Assembly: GCF_030144855.1 (NCBI RefSeq)
Contig: NC_082709.1
Span: 178,498,001-178,562,000 of the forward strand
DNA length: 64,000 nucleotides
Source: Hypanus sabinus
Taxonomy: Eukaryota
Direction of reading: 5' to 3'
Below, one piece after another: positions 62,025 to 64,000 of this stretch. A model generated the notes under the pieces. The model searched no databases and was not told the origin of the DNA. It saw nothing but the letters and a program-made list of their open reading frames with translations. Position 1 is the first letter of the stretch. Each line of letters starts with the position of its first letter. The position numbers and the translations under genes are program-made.

Positions 62025-62310
62025 AGACCATGAGACATGGGACCAGAATAAGGCCATTTGGCCCATCAATTCTGTTCCACCATTCTGTCATGGCTCATTA
62101 TGCCTTTCAACCTCTTGATCCCACCTTCTCCCTGTAACATTCACCCTTTTAAACCAAGAATCTATCAACCTCTGCTTTAAATACACACAATGATTTGCCC
62201 TCCACAGCTGTCCTTGGCAATGAACTCCACAGATTCACAACCTTCTGGCTAAAGAAATTTCCCTCCTCTCTTTTAGAAACAGATGTCTTTCTATTCTGAG
62301 TCTGTGCACT
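62025..62310 (-). mobile_element. CR1 3' end
   Basis: Reverse complement of the FFSQKVVNLWSSLP..FKAEVDRF region and 3'UTR. Confidence 0.75.
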
Positions 62311-62450
62311 CCCTTCTCTTCAATAGTGGAGGTTCACGTTCCAGAGCGTTATCTGATTACATTGACAAAACTGACATGTGACACAGGTTAACTGCATCCA
62401 CCAATGCAGTGTGTCACAATGAAGCAGCAAAGCATTAAAGCTCCTAGTAG

Positions 62451-63208
62451 TGTTGCGATTTCATAACATGCCAGCAGCAATGATGACAAATTGAGTCGGG
62501 TTTTAATATTAAAACCACTATATTTATTTACATCTACCCAAAAATATGGAAAATTAAATAACCTACTTTCTTAAACAGAAGTTAACAGTGTTATGCGTCT
62601 ATAGCTCCCAAACAGTCAAACGTAGAACCTGTTCTTAACAAATCTTACTCAAGCACAGTCTTAAAGTGTAGTTCAGAGAGTCCCAGCAATTCACAAAATA
62701 GGCAAGAGGAGAGACTTGCGGATTCACAGTGCAGCGTAGAGGTGATCACGACGAATTCTGAAAATTCCACGACTAGCGAACAAAAAAACAGTTACTGAAG
62801 ATCCCAGCCGAGGAATTCTGTTCCGAAGTCCATGATGAGCGATTTCACAAAGTGACTGTCACAAAATCCACACCCATGGATCATACGAAGGACAGACATG
62901 TCTCCACAATGCACAGTGAGCCGCTGATTAACCCAACCCTTTGGGTTTGGGTAAGCGTTCTCGATTGTGAGCTGTTCCCCAATAGCTCAAAGCCTGCTAT
63001 CTTCACTCTCTCTCTCTATCTCTCTTTTCTGCATCACTCCTTTTTAGCATTCTGTCCACATTTCTTTCATACCATCGGCATACGTCATAAGGTAACGCTC
63101 ACAGAAACGGAACTGTGGACTCGCAGGAAAATGAAACTGGGGACACGTGACACCCACAGTAAACGAAACTATAGACTCCCAGGAAAACGAAACTGTAGAC
63201 ACGTAACA
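62451..63208 (-). mobile_element. Solo LTR (758 bp)
   Basis: TGTTGCG...CGTAACA termini (6/7 inverted), flanks GTAG/GGAG, and minus-strand AATAAA at 62523-62528. Confidence 0.7.
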
Positions 63209-63358
63209 GGAGAAAGAGTGCATTTCCTCCATGTCAACTCCAGTAATGTATATTCATTGAAAAGACATTATTAAGCAAAAAAAAACCTGAAGAGGAAATC
63301 CAGCCAATAGCAGGTGCTCCACATGTGAAAAACAAGGGATTTTGCAGGTTCTGGAAAT

Positions 63359-63360
<2 letters not shown>

Positions 63361-63404
<44 letters not shown>
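63361..63404. repeat. (AC)n microsatellite expanded from the acacac motif of a Penelope-like terminus
   Basis: Direct observation. It is flanked by ctggaaatcc and aatgatggaaggactcag of the repeat. Confidence 0.9.
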
Positions 63405-63407
<3 letters not shown>

Positions 63408-63489
63408 GATGGAAGGACTCAGTTGTCAAACAGCATCTATGGAGGTGAATTACCAGTCAATGTTCCACCAAACCCCAACCTTATTGCAG

Positions 63490-64000
63490 CGTCTTCCCCT
63501 TTCCTTTCCAGTCCTGATGAAGGGTCTCGGCCTGAAACTTTCAAAGTAAATTTATTATCAAACTACGTGTATGTCATCAGACATGAGATTAATTTTTTTG
63601 GGGCATTTAGAGAAAAGCAAATAAATACAACAGAATCAATGAAAAACTACAGACTAAGACTGACAAACAACCAATGCACTGAAGACAAGCTGTGCCAATG
63701 CACACAGTAAGTGAATAATATTGATAACATAATTGTAGAATCTACTGTGTGTAAGTCCATTACTATCAGGACATCATTATCTCCTGCATTCATCTGTGGA
63801 ATCAGTTCAGTGTTGAAGTCAGTGAAGTTATCCACTCTGATTTAGGAGCCTGATGGTTGAAGAGTAATAATGTTTCTGAACCTTGTCGTCTGGGTCCTAT
63901 GGCTCCTGTACTTCCTTCCTGAGGAGAGTGTAGGTTGACTGTTTATTCCTCTCCATAGATGATGCCGACTGGCTGAGTTCTTCCAGCATTTAATGTCCTG
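63490..64000 (+). mobile_element. Penelope-like terminal repeat split by a Rex1-derived 3' fragment (~63539-63933, minus)
   Basis: cagtcctgatgaagggtctcggcctgaaac, then the insertion, then gttgactgtttattcc... Confidence 0.8.

Overview
Repeat-saturated vertebrate nuclear DNA, about 40% GC by eye. The repeat families (HE1/V-type SINEs, CR1, Rex1, Penelope, RTE, Tc1 relics) point to a cartilaginous fish, probably a ray; this is inference. No intact host gene is recognisable, and every long ORF in the track traces to a decayed transposable element. The largest elements are a minus-strand CR1 LINE (~8.8-11.0 kb) and a plus-strand CR1 with SGNH esterase, APE and RT remnants (~49.6-52.7 kb). The most notable structure is a family of Penelope-like retroelement termini, each carrying a minimal type I hammerhead ribozyme motif (inferred consensus CAGTC-CTGATGA-A-GGGTCTCGGCCC-GAAA-CGTC-GACTG). 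There are about 10 decayed copies, two insertions have 14-bp target-site duplications (TSDs), and one ribozyme is split by another insertion. Also present are three solo LTRs with 4-bp TSDs, a hAT MITE with an 8-bp TSD, several nested insertions, a local duplication spanning a transposon junction, and a few unconfirmed short exon and enhancer candidates. Many repeat boundaries are approximate (+/- tens of bp). I found no convincing wholly new biological system.
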